A stretch of DNA of 64,000 bases, from contig CAVWIP010000017.1 of the NCBI GenBank assembly GCA_963755125.1, positions 384,001 to 448,000 of the forward strand, written 5' to 3'. Shown here in pieces: positions 38,743 to 47,690 of this stretch. The notes beneath the pieces were generated by a model. That model saw only the letters and a program-made list of their open reading frames with translations. It was not told the DNA's origin and ran no database searches. Position numbers and translations under genes: made by a program. How positions within the stretch are numbered: the first letter of the stretch is position 1; every line of letters starts with the position of its first letter. Origin of the DNA: an uncultured delta proteobacterium (GTDB lineage Bacteria; Myxococcota_A; Polyangia; Fen-1088).

Positions 38743-39288
38743 ATGGCTGACACATTCCCCGGTTCCGACTCCGCTCGTGTTCCCCCGCACAACCTGGACA
38801 CGGAACGGTCCGTCCTTGGCGGCGTGCTGGTCAAGCCCGTCATGTTCGACGAGCTGGCCACCACGCTCTCCACCGACGACTTCTTCCTGCCCGCCCACCG
38901 CGAGATCTTCGACGCGATGATGGAGATCTCGCGCCGGCAGCAGCCCATCGACGTGGTGTCGCTGGGCGACGAGCTCAAGAGCCGCGGCAGCCTGGCGCGG
39001 CTGGAAGGCGGCGCCGCATACCTCATCGCCATCGCCAACGCCGTGCCCACGGCCGAGAACATCGGCCACTACGTGCGCCTGGTGAAGGAGAAGGCCATCG
39101 TGCGCCGGATGATTGCCGCGTGCGCCGAGATCCAGTCGTGCGGCTATGGCGATTTCGGCGAGTTTGGGCAGTGGCGCCCAAAATGCGCTCAGCCCGGAAC
39201 GGGAACACGCTGCCGTCCCTGTGGCTCAAGCTCTTTCGCCTCGACCACCGATCCCCGTCTGCGACGTTTGGAATGGACCGCGAAATGA
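38743..39288 (+). pseudogene. dnaB: DnaB helicase N-terminal domain only (truncated)
   Basis: PPHNLDTERSVLGG...DDFFLPAHREIF...PIDVVSL...GGAAYL...VPTAENIGHYVRLVKEKAIVRRMI, then unrelated sequence and a stop; no Walker motifs. Confidence 0.8.
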
Positions 39289-39419
39289 ACCTGTACTAGA
39301 AACCCTGGGGCCCAAGCCGGGCCGTATTTCCCGATGCTCGAACACCTCTGGCCAACCAACGACATTCATGCCCAGCGTCGGCGATTTCAAGGGACGCACA
39401 CCCGGACGCGGAGGGACAC

Positions 39420-40718
39420 ATGGCCGTTGTAGTTGTCGTCGGAGCCCAGTGGGGCGATGAAGGGAAGGGGAAGGTCGTCGACCTTCTGACTGAGCACGCG
39501 GACGTGGTGGCGCGCTGGGGAGGCGGTGCCAACGCTGGCCATACCATTGTGGTCGAAGGAAAGAAGTACGTCACGCACCTGATTCCTTCGGGTGTCCTTC
39601 GCGCCGGGGTGACTTGCGTGTTGGGCGAGGGCATGGTCATCGACCCGCGCACCCTGGTCGAGGAGATGCGCGCCTTTCGCAGCCATGGCCTGCTGGCCCG
39701 GAACACCGATCTCGTGATCGCTGGCCGCGCTCACCTGACGTTCCCGCACCATCGCGAACTGGACCGTCTGCGCGAAGAGCAACCAGGCGCCATCGGCACG
39801 ACTCGTCGTGGAATAGGCCCGACCTACGAAAGCAAGGCCTCGCGCACCGGTGTCCGCGTCGAGGATCTTCTGCGGCCAGAGCGGTTTCGGCGCAACGTGG
39901 AGCGCAACGTGGCCTATGTGTCAGGCGCGCTCGCCCACTACGGAGCACCCATTCCCGACGTGGACGCCCTGGTCAAAGAGTACCTGGCGCTGGGCGACGA
40001 GATTCGGCCCTTTGTGCGGGACGCTTCTCGCTTCCTCTATGATGCGATCCGAGCGGGCCGCAACGTGCTGTTCGAGGGTGCGCATGGTGTCTTGCTCGAT
40101 CTGGACCACGGCACCTACCCGTTCGTGACTTCTTCATCGACCACTGCCGGCGGTGCTTGCGCCGGGTGCGGCATCGGGCCTACCTCCATCGACACGGTCA
40201 TAGGGATCGTGAAGGCCTACGCCACTCGTGTGGGCAACGGCCCCTTCCCGACCGAGTTGCACGATAAGATGGGCGAGCGCCTGCGCGAGGTGGGGACTGA
40301 GTTCGGGTCCACCACCGGCAGGCCGCGCCGCTGCGGATGGCTAGATCTGCCGGCCCTGCGCCTCACGTGCCGACTTTCCGGCATCCGTGCCCTGGCGCTG
40401 ACCAAGCTTGATGTCTTGTCGGGTATCGAGAAGCTCAACCTTTGCGTGCAGTACCGGCTGGCGGGCAAGACGCTTGACGAAATGCCGCTGGACCCCGACG
40501 ACCTGGCGGCAGTGGAGCCGGTCTACGAGACGCTCCCTGGGTGGCCCGCACTTTTTGCCGGCGATGCAGGGAAGACGCAGCTTCACCCGGCAGCCGAGCG
40601 GTACGTGGCGCGGATTTCCGAGCTAGTCGGCGTGCCGCTGGCCCTGATCTCGGTCGGGCCGGGGCGCGACGAGACCATCGTCAGGGACAACCCATTCGTA
40701 GCAAGGAATGCGCGCTAA
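39420..40718 (+). CDS. purA: Adenylosuccinate synthetase
   Basis: GAQWGDEGKGKVVD, GGANAGHT, HLIPSG, IGTTRRGIGPTY, GTYPFVTSS, TTGRPRRCGWLD, TKLDVL. Confidence 0.98.
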   Translation: MAVVVVVGAQWGDEGKGKVVDLLTEHADVVARWGGGANAGHTIVVEGKKYVTHLIPSGVLRAGVTCVLGEGMVIDPRTLVEEMRAFRSHGLLARNTDLVIAGRAHLTFPHHRELDRLREEQPGAIGTTRRGIGPTYESKASRTGVRVEDLLRPERFRRNVERNVAYVSGALAHYGAPIPDVDALVKEYLALGDEIRPFVRDASRFLYDAIRAGRNVLFEGAHGVLLDLDHGTYPFVTSSSTTAGGACAGCGIGPTSIDTVIGIVKAYATRVGNGPFPTELHDKMGERLREVGTEFGSTTGRPRRCGWLDLPALRLTCRLSGIRALALTKLDVLSGIEKLNLCVQYRLAGKTLDEMPLDPDDLAAVEPVYETLPGWPALFAGDAGKTQLHPAAERYVARISELVGVPLALISVGPGRDETIVRDNPFVARNAR

Positions 40719-40811
40719 CTCATCGCGCGCAGCCCACCGCGGCCGGTACGGCGCAAATTTGCCGCCCGGGTCGTGCGCGGTGTTACGAGTGGGAATGGGA
40801 CAGAAACCGTC

Positions 40812-40839
40812 TTGCCAGGCGGTGACTGATATCTATAAT
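40812..40839 (+). promoter_or_regulatory. Putative sigma70 promoter for the gltJ-like gene
   Basis: TTGCCA-N16-TATAAT. Confidence 0.65.
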
Positions 40840-40883
40840 CGCGCGGTTGCTGTCTCTTCGTGGTACGCGTATATGAGGGCCCA

Positions 40884-42563
40884 ATGAAAATCGTCTGTGA
40901 CGCTTGTCAGGCTAAGTACTCGATAGCGGACGAAAAAGTCCAGGGTAAGGCCTTCAAGATCCGGTGCAAGAAGTGCAACCATATCATCGTGGTCAGAAGC
41001 GGCGGTGAGCGCGCCGCCAGTGCTGCAGCGGAACCCAAGCCCGCGCCGGCCGAGGCCCAAGGCACATGGTACGTCGTGGTGGAGGGCGAGCAGGTTGGGC
41101 CACTGGCCGAGCCAGACATCGCGGCCCGCCTGGCGCGCGGTGAGATCACGGCTGAGACACTGGTTTGGAAGGAGGGTTTTGCCGACTGGGTGAAACTGTC
41201 AGCCGTCCCGGAGTTGGCACAGGCGTCCACCTCTCAGGGGGCTGCGGCTGTTCACGCGGCCTCGATGCCGGCGGCCGAGCCTGCCCCTGCCCGGCGCGAC
41301 TCAGCCCGCATGCGCGCGCATGGTTCGGCGCGGGATGTGGCCAGGGCAGCGGCTCCCTCTGAGGATGTTTTCTCCAAGCCCGCCCCGGCGGCGAGTGGAT
41401 CAGGCGATCTGTTCGCATCGCCATCCGCAGGTTTTTCGCCCGCTGCGCCCGAATCGCCCGCCGCCGCATCATCGCCGTTTGCCTTTGGCGCGGCGACGGC
41501 TCCAGCCGCTGAGCCGGCGTCCAGAGCGCCCGGCAACGGCGCCGGGCAAAGTCCTCTTACTGGTCAACGCAACGAGAACTCGGTTCTGTTCTCGCTGGCC
41601 AACCTGGAAGCCCTTGCGGTGCCAAGTTCGAGCAGCGCGCGGGCGCCGTCGACAGTTTCCAGCAGCGAGGGCTCCGGCCTCATCGACATTCGCTCGATGG
41701 CTGCAAGGACCATCGGAGAGTCCAGCGGAGGTGACACCTTCGGCGGTTCGGACGCGTTGCCAACCTTCTCGACGCCGCAGTTCTCCCCGGTGGCGCCGGT
41801 GCTGTTGCCCTTGGGCTCCAGCGGACCGCCCAAGTGGGTGTACCCGGTTCTGGGCGTGCTGGCCATCGGCATCGTTGCGCTTGGCTTCGGCATCTACAAG
41901 GTGGTATCGGCGCCCCCGCCTCCTCCGCCTCTGCCTCCGCAGATCGTGGTGCCCGCGCCGGTACCGGCGGCCCCCGCGCCGGCAGCAGCGGCGAGCCCTG
42001 GGACTCCGGCGACCGCCGAGCCAGCCAAGCCGTCCGCGCCCGAGGAGAAGCCCAGCGAGGAAAAGGGGACGACGGAGAGAAAGAGGCCGTCAGGGAAAGG
42101 CAGCCGGCCGTCGGGCAAGGGTTCGGCCGAGACAACCCCGTCGGCCAAAGGTGAGAAGCCCACGACCGAGGCGGCGCCGACCGCTGCACCAGCAAAGCCC
42201 AAGAAGGGTGGCTCGATCGATGACCTGCTCAACCAGGTCGGCACCAACAAGGGCGGCGGCGACGAGCCCAAGCCCAGGAAGGCGCCAACCACGGCGGCGC
42301 TGCCCAGCCTGTCCCAGACTGACATCGTGAGCGCGATGAAGGCGGTGCAGCCCAGGGTGAAGGAGTGCTACAACCAGTACAAGGTTCCGGGCATCGCGAA
42401 TGTGAGCATATCGGTGTCCAAGGGAGGCCGCGTCGCCTCGGCGAACGTGACGGGCAAGTTCGCGGGAACGCCCAGTGGAACGTGCGTGGAAGCTGCGGCC
42501 AAGACCGCGAAGTTCCCGCCTTGTGAGGCCATGAGTTTCCCCTGGCCGTTCCAGCTTCACTAA
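40884..42563 (+). CDS. Zinc ribbon, GYF_2, TM and TonB-C-like protein (GltJ/AgmX-like architecture)
   Basis: CDAC...CKKC; WYVVVEGEQVGP...LVWKEGFADW; TM helix; Pro/Lys-rich linker; C-terminal domain with VKECY...TCV...FP. Confidence 0.8.
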   Translation: MKIVCDACQAKYSIADEKVQGKAFKIRCKKCNHIIVVRSGGERAASAAAEPKPAPAEAQGTWYVVVEGEQVGPLAEPDIAARLARGEITAETLVWKEGFADWVKLSAVPELAQASTSQGAAAVHAASMPAAEPAPARRDSARMRAHGSARDVARAAAPSEDVFSKPAPAASGSGDLFASPSAGFSPAAPESPAAASSPFAFGAATAPAAEPASRAPGNGAGQSPLTGQRNENSVLFSLANLEALAVPSSSSARAPSTVSSSEGSGLIDIRSMAARTIGESSGGDTFGGSDALPTFSTPQFSPVAPVLLPLGSSGPPKWVYPVLGVLAIGIVALGFGIYKVVSAPPPPPPLPPQIVVPAPVPAAPAPAAAASPGTPATAEPAKPSAPEEKPSEEKGTTERKRPSGKGSRPSGKGSAETTPSAKGEKPTTEAAPTAAPAKPKKGGSIDDLLNQVGTNKGGGDEPKPRKAPTTAALPSLSQTDIVSAMKAVQPRVKECYNQYKVPGIANVSISVSKGGRVASANVTGKFAGTPSGTCVEAAAKTAKFPPCEAMSFPWPFQLH

Positions 42564-42569
42564 TTGTCG

Positions 42570-43001
42570 TCAGGGTGAGGCGCCGCCGTCAGGATCGGTC
42601 TTGCGGGGCGGCGGCGGCGCGGGCGAGCCGTGGTCCTCACGCAGCCGGGCGGCCAGCTTGTCGATCAAGATCTGCTCGTTGTAGCGGGGCAAGTCGGGCA
42701 GCGAAGCCACCACACGCGTGAGCTCGCGATCGTCGCTGTCGCTGGCTCGGATGAGTTCGAGCGAGCCCTTGTGGAGCTTCTGGCCGTCGGGGTAGTCGAA
42801 CAGAATGTAGCCGGCAGCCTCGTCCTTCTCACGAATCACGCAATTGCGATCGATGCGCAAGAAGCGCACGGCACTGGGCCACACGTCGGCAAAGGGATAG
42901 GAAACCGTCCCCGCGGTGCGCGCCTCCGCCGCGGGCAGCCCGAGCAGCAGTCCAGCAAGGCTGAGCGCGAGCAGGGCAGCCCTGGCTGGCAAGGCTCGCA
43001 T
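42570..43001 (-). CDS. Hypothetical secreted protein
   Basis: Signal peptide; VWPSAVRFLRID...EKDEAAGYILFDY; start overlaps upstream stop. Confidence 0.65.
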   Translation of the reverse strand: MRALPARAALLALSLAGLLLGLPAAEARTAGTVSYPFADVWPSAVRFLRIDRNCVIREKDEAAGYILFDYPDGQKLHKGSLELIRASDSDDRELTRVVASLPDLPRYNEQILIDKLAARLREDHGSPAPPPPRKTDPDGGASP

Positions 43002-44050
43002 CACGACGTCCCGCCTTCCTCGGCGGCGCGCTTGGACTCGACGACCATGGTGCGCAGCGAGTGGGAGCCTCCTCCCACCGCCAAGAGGGCGAGAAAACCC
43101 AATCCCACGTACCACACGAACTGGATTCCATGGAGGGCAATCGCGTAGGCCCCCCCGAAGGAACTGACCGTGGCCGCAGGCAAGTAGGCGCCCAAAGCAA
43201 TGATAACGCCGGCATGAAACTGGCCCACCAGGCCCGGCGAATTGGGCAGAGAGATGAGCACTCCGGTAAAAGCCATAGCCGCGAACGCGCCCGTGAGAGG
43301 AATGGCAAGCTGCATGTCGCGCGCCAGAAGCCACATTCCGAATCCGTTGCTGAACCAGTAGAGCACCGTCTGGGCCAGGAACGGAATCATGTCGCGCGGC
43401 TCACGCAAGGCCCGAAATCCGTGGATCAGGGCACGCAGCTTGTCGGCGAGGCGCTCGGCCGCCACAGGGGCAAAACGTCGCACAAGGGTCACCGCCAGCA
43501 CGAGCTGGATGGTCTTCTCGGTCCAGCGCAGGGCGCAGGCCAGAAAGATCGTGAGCGAAAGAAACCCAATCAGTGACAACCAAGCTGCGCCCGCCAGCAC
43601 CGAGGAGTAGCCCGGCCCGCCCGCCCGGAAGGCCAACATGTACGTGGTGAAGAACAGGATCGAGATCACCAGCCCGTCGACGATACGCTCGACGGCGACT
43701 GTTCCCAGTACGGCGCTCATGCGGGATTGCCCGCCGCGCACGACGTAGTAGGGGCGCGCGAATTCGCCGAGGCGGAAGGGCAAAGCCAGGATGGCCATGA
43801 ACCCCGCCGTTGAAATGATCATCAGCCGGCCGAAACTCAAGGACACGCCGATGGGACGCAAGAGATACTTCCAGCGCCACGCGCGGAACAGATGCGTGGG
43901 AACCATGGTGGCCGCGTAGATCAGAACCGCCGAAACCGGCAAACCGCGCAGCACCGAGGCCGTGGCTGAAAGGTCGATCTTGCGAATGGCGAGCCACAGA
44001 CACAGCGCCCCCACGAGCAAGGACAAGAAGATTTTGACGAACAGCTTCAA
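43001..44050 (-). CDS. Lysylphosphatidylglycerol synthase TM region / UPF0104 flippase-like protein
   Basis: RAWRWKYLL, LPFRLGEFAR, TVAVERIVD, LPNSPGLVG. Confidence 0.88.
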   Translation of the reverse strand: MKLFVKIFLSLLVGALCLWLAIRKIDLSATASVLRGLPVSAVLIYAATMVPTHLFRAWRWKYLLRPIGVSLSFGRLMIISTAGFMAILALPFRLGEFARPYYVVRGGQSRMSAVLGTVAVERIVDGLVISILFFTTYMLAFRAGGPGYSSVLAGAAWLSLIGFLSLTIFLACALRWTEKTIQLVLAVTLVRRFAPVAAERLADKLRALIHGFRALREPRDMIPFLAQTVLYWFSNGFGMWLLARDMQLAIPLTGAFAAMAFTGVLISLPNSPGLVGQFHAGVIIALGAYLPAATVSSFGGAYAIALHGIQFVWYVGLGFLALLAVGGGSHSLRTMVVESKRAAEEGGTS

Positions 44051-44079
44051 GGAGGAAGGTCTCTTCGACGCAGATTGTA

Positions 44080-44799
44080 TCAGGGGAGTTGACCTATCAA
44101 GATACGGCGGGGATTGTCGCTGAGCAATCGCCGGGCCACATCGGCGCCGAGACGTTTCTCGATCCAGGCAAGTCCTGCCGCAATAGCTGGGCCGTCCTCC
44201 GGGGCGTGCATGTCAGAAGCGGCGGCATGGGCCAAGCCTTCCTCGACCAGCCGTCGGGCCGTCTTGACTTCGGCGCGGTCGCCGGTTCCAGACAGCGGGA
44301 CCAAATCTACCAACAAGGCGGCCTGGCGGCCCAAGGCTTCGGCCACCGCGGGATCGCGTTGCACAGCCGAATACCGTTCGGGGTGGGCCAGGACCGCAAG
44401 ACGCCCGGTCACCCGCAGGTCGAAGAGCGCTGCTTCGAGGCGTGGCGGCAGATCTGCCGGGCTGATTTCAAACAGGAAAGCCTTGCCGCCATCGTAGCAG
44501 GGCGGTTCTCCCTGGCGTAGTCGGCTGGCAAAGACGTCGTCCCAGTAGTTCTCAGCGCCGAGCAGCAGGTGTACCTCGGGTAGCACAGTCGCGATCTCGC
44601 GGCTCACCTGATCGAAGGTGTCTCTCACCTCGGCGAGCGGGGGCTGAAACATCCCCGCGAACTGGTGGGGCGTGGCGCACAGGTCGGAGAAACCCATCTC
44701 GGTCAGGGCGCGCACCATGCTGAGGCAGGTGACGAGGCTGTCGGCGCCGTCGTCAAGGCCGGGAAGGAAATGGGAATGCAGATCAACGTAATGCGCCAC
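44080..44799 (-). CDS. CpsB/CapC-family PHP tyrosine phosphatase
   Basis: DLHSHFLPGLDDGA, ATPH, GAE, LAHPERY, ASDMH. Confidence 0.9.
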   Translation of the reverse strand: MAHYVDLHSHFLPGLDDGADSLVTCLSMVRALTEMGFSDLCATPHQFAGMFQPPLAEVRDTFDQVSREIATVLPEVHLLLGAENYWDDVFASRLRQGEPPCYDGGKAFLFEISPADLPPRLEAALFDLRVTGRLAVLAHPERYSAVQRDPAVAEALGRQAALLVDLVPLSGTGDRAEVKTARRLVEEGLAHAAASDMHAPEDGPAIAAGLAWIEKRLGADVARRLLSDNPRRILIGQLP

Positions 44800-44955
44800 G
44801 GGGCCTGGCGTGAGACAATAGCGAATTCGGCGCAGCGGTGAGCGTTTCTTTTCTTCCGGCTGGCGGCCCACAGAAAACGCGACCGGGCTGCGCTTCGGGC
44901 TTGCGCAAAGGCGACAAGCGATCGCACAGTGATATTGCTAGGAGGCAAAAGTTTG

Positions 44956-45462
44956 ATGAGCGACAAGGTCGTGCTGCCACGTCTGGACTTGCCGGGTCAG
45001 AAGACCCACTGGGCTGTCGTTGCCGTCATCGGCGGCGGTGTCTTGGTTTTGTTGATGGCCGCGATCTTTCTGGTTGTCGTGCACAAGCAGCAGGCCGCGC
45101 AGGAAGCGGCGGCCAGGGCAGTCGAAGCCCGCGCCAAGGAGGCGGCTGCCCAGGTCGAGAGGCTGAAGCTTGAGGCGGCCGCTGCGGTCGAGAAGGCCAA
45201 GGCAGCCGCGGCGGCAGCCGCTGCCGAGAAGGCGAAGCCTGCTGCGCCTGTCGCGTCCGGCGACGATGCAAACAAGGCGGGGTCCACCGCGGCGGCGGCG
45301 GTTGCGGATTCGGGCAAGGCGGGAGCGAAGAAGAAGGCGCACAAGCCGTCGGGGCGCAAGGCGGGAAAGGTCGTGGGTTCCAAGAGCGGCGGCGCGGAGC
45401 CGTCTGAAGCGACCAAGAAGAGTGATGCGTCGGTTGACGCGTTGCTACGCGGTCTAAAGTAG
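44956..45462 (+). CDS. Single-pass membrane protein with Ala/Lys-rich tail
   Basis: TM helix, helical Ala-rich stretch, C-terminal VDALLRGLK. Confidence 0.65.
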   Translation: MSDKVVLPRLDLPGQKTHWAVVAVIGGGVLVLLMAAIFLVVVHKQQAAQEAAARAVEARAKEAAAQVERLKLEAAAAVEKAKAAAAAAAAEKAKPAAPVASGDDANKAGSTAAAAVADSGKAGAKKKAHKPSGRKAGKVVGSKSGGAEPSEATKKSDASVDALLRGLK

Positions 45463-45612
45463 TTTCTCTTGCTCGCGCAGGGCGCGTGCGCCCGGCCCGG
45501 TCAAGCTGGCAGCGCGGAAGGTTGTTCGCGCTCCGCGCGCGCGAATTTGTGTTAAATACTAGGTTGATGGCCCACCTTTCCCCAGTGAACGCAGCAAAGT
45601 GCAAGGAGCTAC

Positions 45613-46356
45613 ATGGCTGAGCCACAAGAGAACTCGGTCCTGACGTCTCTCAAGGAACTTCGCAGGCAAGAAGAGGAGCGAGTCAAACAGGAGAAGGCAA
45701 GAATCGAGGCAAAGGCCGAGGCTGAGCGGCGGGCAAGGGAGGAGAGTGAGCGACGGGCGAAGGAGGAGACTGAGCAGGCTCGCCTCGCGGAAGAGAACCG
45801 CAAGCTGCGCGCGGAAGAAGAGAAGCTGGCGCGTGAGCGCGAGGAGAGGCTGCGCGTGGAGGAAGCCGAGCGCCGCGCGCGCATCGACGCCGAGATGAAG
45901 CTACAGCACGAGCGCATGCGACTCGAGGTGGAGGCCAAGGCGGCGGTGCAGGCCAAGCCCGCGCCCAAAGGACTCATCATCGGAATCGTGATCGGCGTGC
46001 TGGTCATCGGAGCCGCTGTGGTGGCCAAGATCACAGCGGACCACCGCGCGGCTTCCGAGGCGCAGGCCCAGGCGGCTGAAAAGGAGAAACAGGAACTGCT
46101 GCGCAAGCAACAGGAGCAGGAGTTGGCCTTCCAGGCCCAGATCGCCAAGCTCACCAAGCAGCTTGGCGAGGCCAAGAGCGAGGCTGACCGCGAGGCACTG
46201 AGGCAACAGATCGAGCAGGCCAACTCGCGGCGTGCGACCGCCGCCGCTGCGACCCGCTCGCGCTCCTCGAAGGAGAGCGCCGCCAAGCCCGAGGCGCCGC
46301 AGAAGCTGATCAAGGACAAGAAGCAAGTCTCGAACGACCCGCTTGACGGGATCTAG
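45613..46356 (+). CDS. Coiled-coil single-pass membrane protein
   Basis: AAGGAG RBS; long E/R/K coiled coil, TM helix, second coiled coil, C-terminal NDPLDGI. Confidence 0.75.
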   Translation: MAEPQENSVLTSLKELRRQEEERVKQEKARIEAKAEAERRAREESERRAKEETEQARLAEENRKLRAEEEKLAREREERLRVEEAERRARIDAEMKLQHERMRLEVEAKAAVQAKPAPKGLIIGIVIGVLVIGAAVVAKITADHRAASEAQAQAAEKEKQELLRKQQEQELAFQAQIAKLTKQLGEAKSEADREALRQQIEQANSRRATAAAATRSRSSKESAAKPEAPQKLIKDKKQVSNDPLDGI

Positions 46357-46470
46357 AGAGAGAGAGTAGTCGCTCCGATCACGACCACGTCTACGACCAC
46401 GATCTTCTGCAGAGATCGCGGGGTGCGGAACGGCCCCTCTTGCGGGCGGAGCCGTGGTAAAAACCTGGCC

Positions 46471-47037
46471 ATGAGCGGCCGTGAGCTTTTTGAACGCAAC
46501 CGGGCTCGACTCCTCGATCTGCTCAGGCAACTCGCCTACGAGGAGCGCGAGGTCATCCTCGCTTCGGGGCAGAAGAGCAACTTCTATATCGACTGCAAAC
46601 AGGCCGTGCTGGGTGCCGAGGGCCACTTCCTGGTGGGTTGGCTGTTCAACCGACTGATTGCCGAGAACGCCCCCGAGGTGGAGGCCGTGGGAGGTCTGAC
46701 CATGGGCGCCGATCCACTGGCCTCGGCCGTGGCCACGGTCAGTTACCTGGGCGGTCGGCCGCTGGACGCTTTCTATGTGCGCAAAGAGGCCAAGGGCCAC
46801 GGCACGGCGCAGTGGCTGGAGGGACGCAAGTTGCTTCGCCCCGGGATGCCGGTCGCCATCCTCGAGGACGTGGTGACCACGGGTGGCTCTGCGCTCAAGG
46901 CGATTGCGCGCGCGCGTGAGTTTGGCCTCAAGGTCAGCCTGATCGTCGGTCTGGTGGACCGCGAGGAAGGTGGCCGAGAGGTGTTGCAGCGGGAGGCACC
47001 CCTGCAGACCCTCTTCCGACGGAGGGAGTTCGTCTGA
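46471..47037 (+). CDS. pyrE: Orotate phosphoribosyltransferase
   Basis: LASGQKSNFYIDC, VRKEAKGHG, LEDVVTTGGS, VDREEGG. Confidence 0.96.
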   Translation: MSGRELFERNRARLLDLLRQLAYEEREVILASGQKSNFYIDCKQAVLGAEGHFLVGWLFNRLIAENAPEVEAVGGLTMGADPLASAVATVSYLGGRPLDAFYVRKEAKGHGTAQWLEGRKLLRPGMPVAILEDVVTTGGSALKAIARAREFGLKVSLIVGLVDREEGGREVLQREAPLQTLFRRREFV

Positions 47038-47681
47038 TGGCATTTCTGTCCGCGCGCCGGAGTGTGCTTGGGCCTGCGTTGGCCTGTGCTGCGGCGCTGG
47101 TGGGGTGCGCCCAGGCTGCGCGCAAGCCCGTCGATTTTTCCGAGGCGACGCGGGACTATCGGGCGACTGACTATCCGTCGGTCTACGAGAACTGGACGCG
47201 ACACGTGAAGCTGGTGCAGGAGGTGGGCACCGTCATAGAGGCGTGGGCGACGAGCAAGAGCTGGGATTACCGCCAGGCCTATGTGGCGTACTACGCCAGC
47301 GTCTATGATTTGTCGGACAGCGATCGGGCTACGCTGCTGCACGCGCAGAGCGATGCTGCGCGGGCCAGCTACGAGTTCCATGTGGCGGTACAGACGACCA
47401 CTGACAGATGGAACGATCTCGATCGGAAGAACTCACCCTGGCGGGTGACTCTGCTTGATGGCACAGGGGCCGAGATGGGGCCCACATCGATCCAAGTCGT
47501 GAAGTTGCCAGAAATCTACGAGAGCCAGTTTTTTCCCAGCCGGACGGAATTCACGCGCACCTACGAGATCGACTTTGCCCGCAACGGCGGACAGCCTTTC
47601 GCAGGTCCGGCAAGTGGTCGCCTCGTTCTGCGGATTGCCAGCCCCATGGGCCGCGTCGAATTGGTCTGGGACGCCAAGTAG
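47037..47681 (+). CDS. Hypothetical lipoprotein
   Basis: ALVGC lipobox; TGATG overlap with pyrE. Confidence 0.7.
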   Translation: MAFLSARRSVLGPALACAAALVGCAQAARKPVDFSEATRDYRATDYPSVYENWTRHVKLVQEVGTVIEAWATSKSWDYRQAYVAYYASVYDLSDSDRATLLHAQSDAARASYEFHVAVQTTTDRWNDLDRKNSPWRVTLLDGTGAEMGPTSIQVVKLPEIYESQFFPSRTEFTRTYEIDFARNGGQPFAGPASGRLVLRIASPMGRVELVWDAK

Positions 47682-47690
47682 GAAGCGAGG

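Noticed and set aside
45530..45557. dif-like site (TTGTGTTAAAT resembles the XerD arm)
   Set aside because: The would-be XerC arm (GCTCCGCGCGC) lacks the conserved inner ATAA; more likely a promoter -10 region for the downstream gene.
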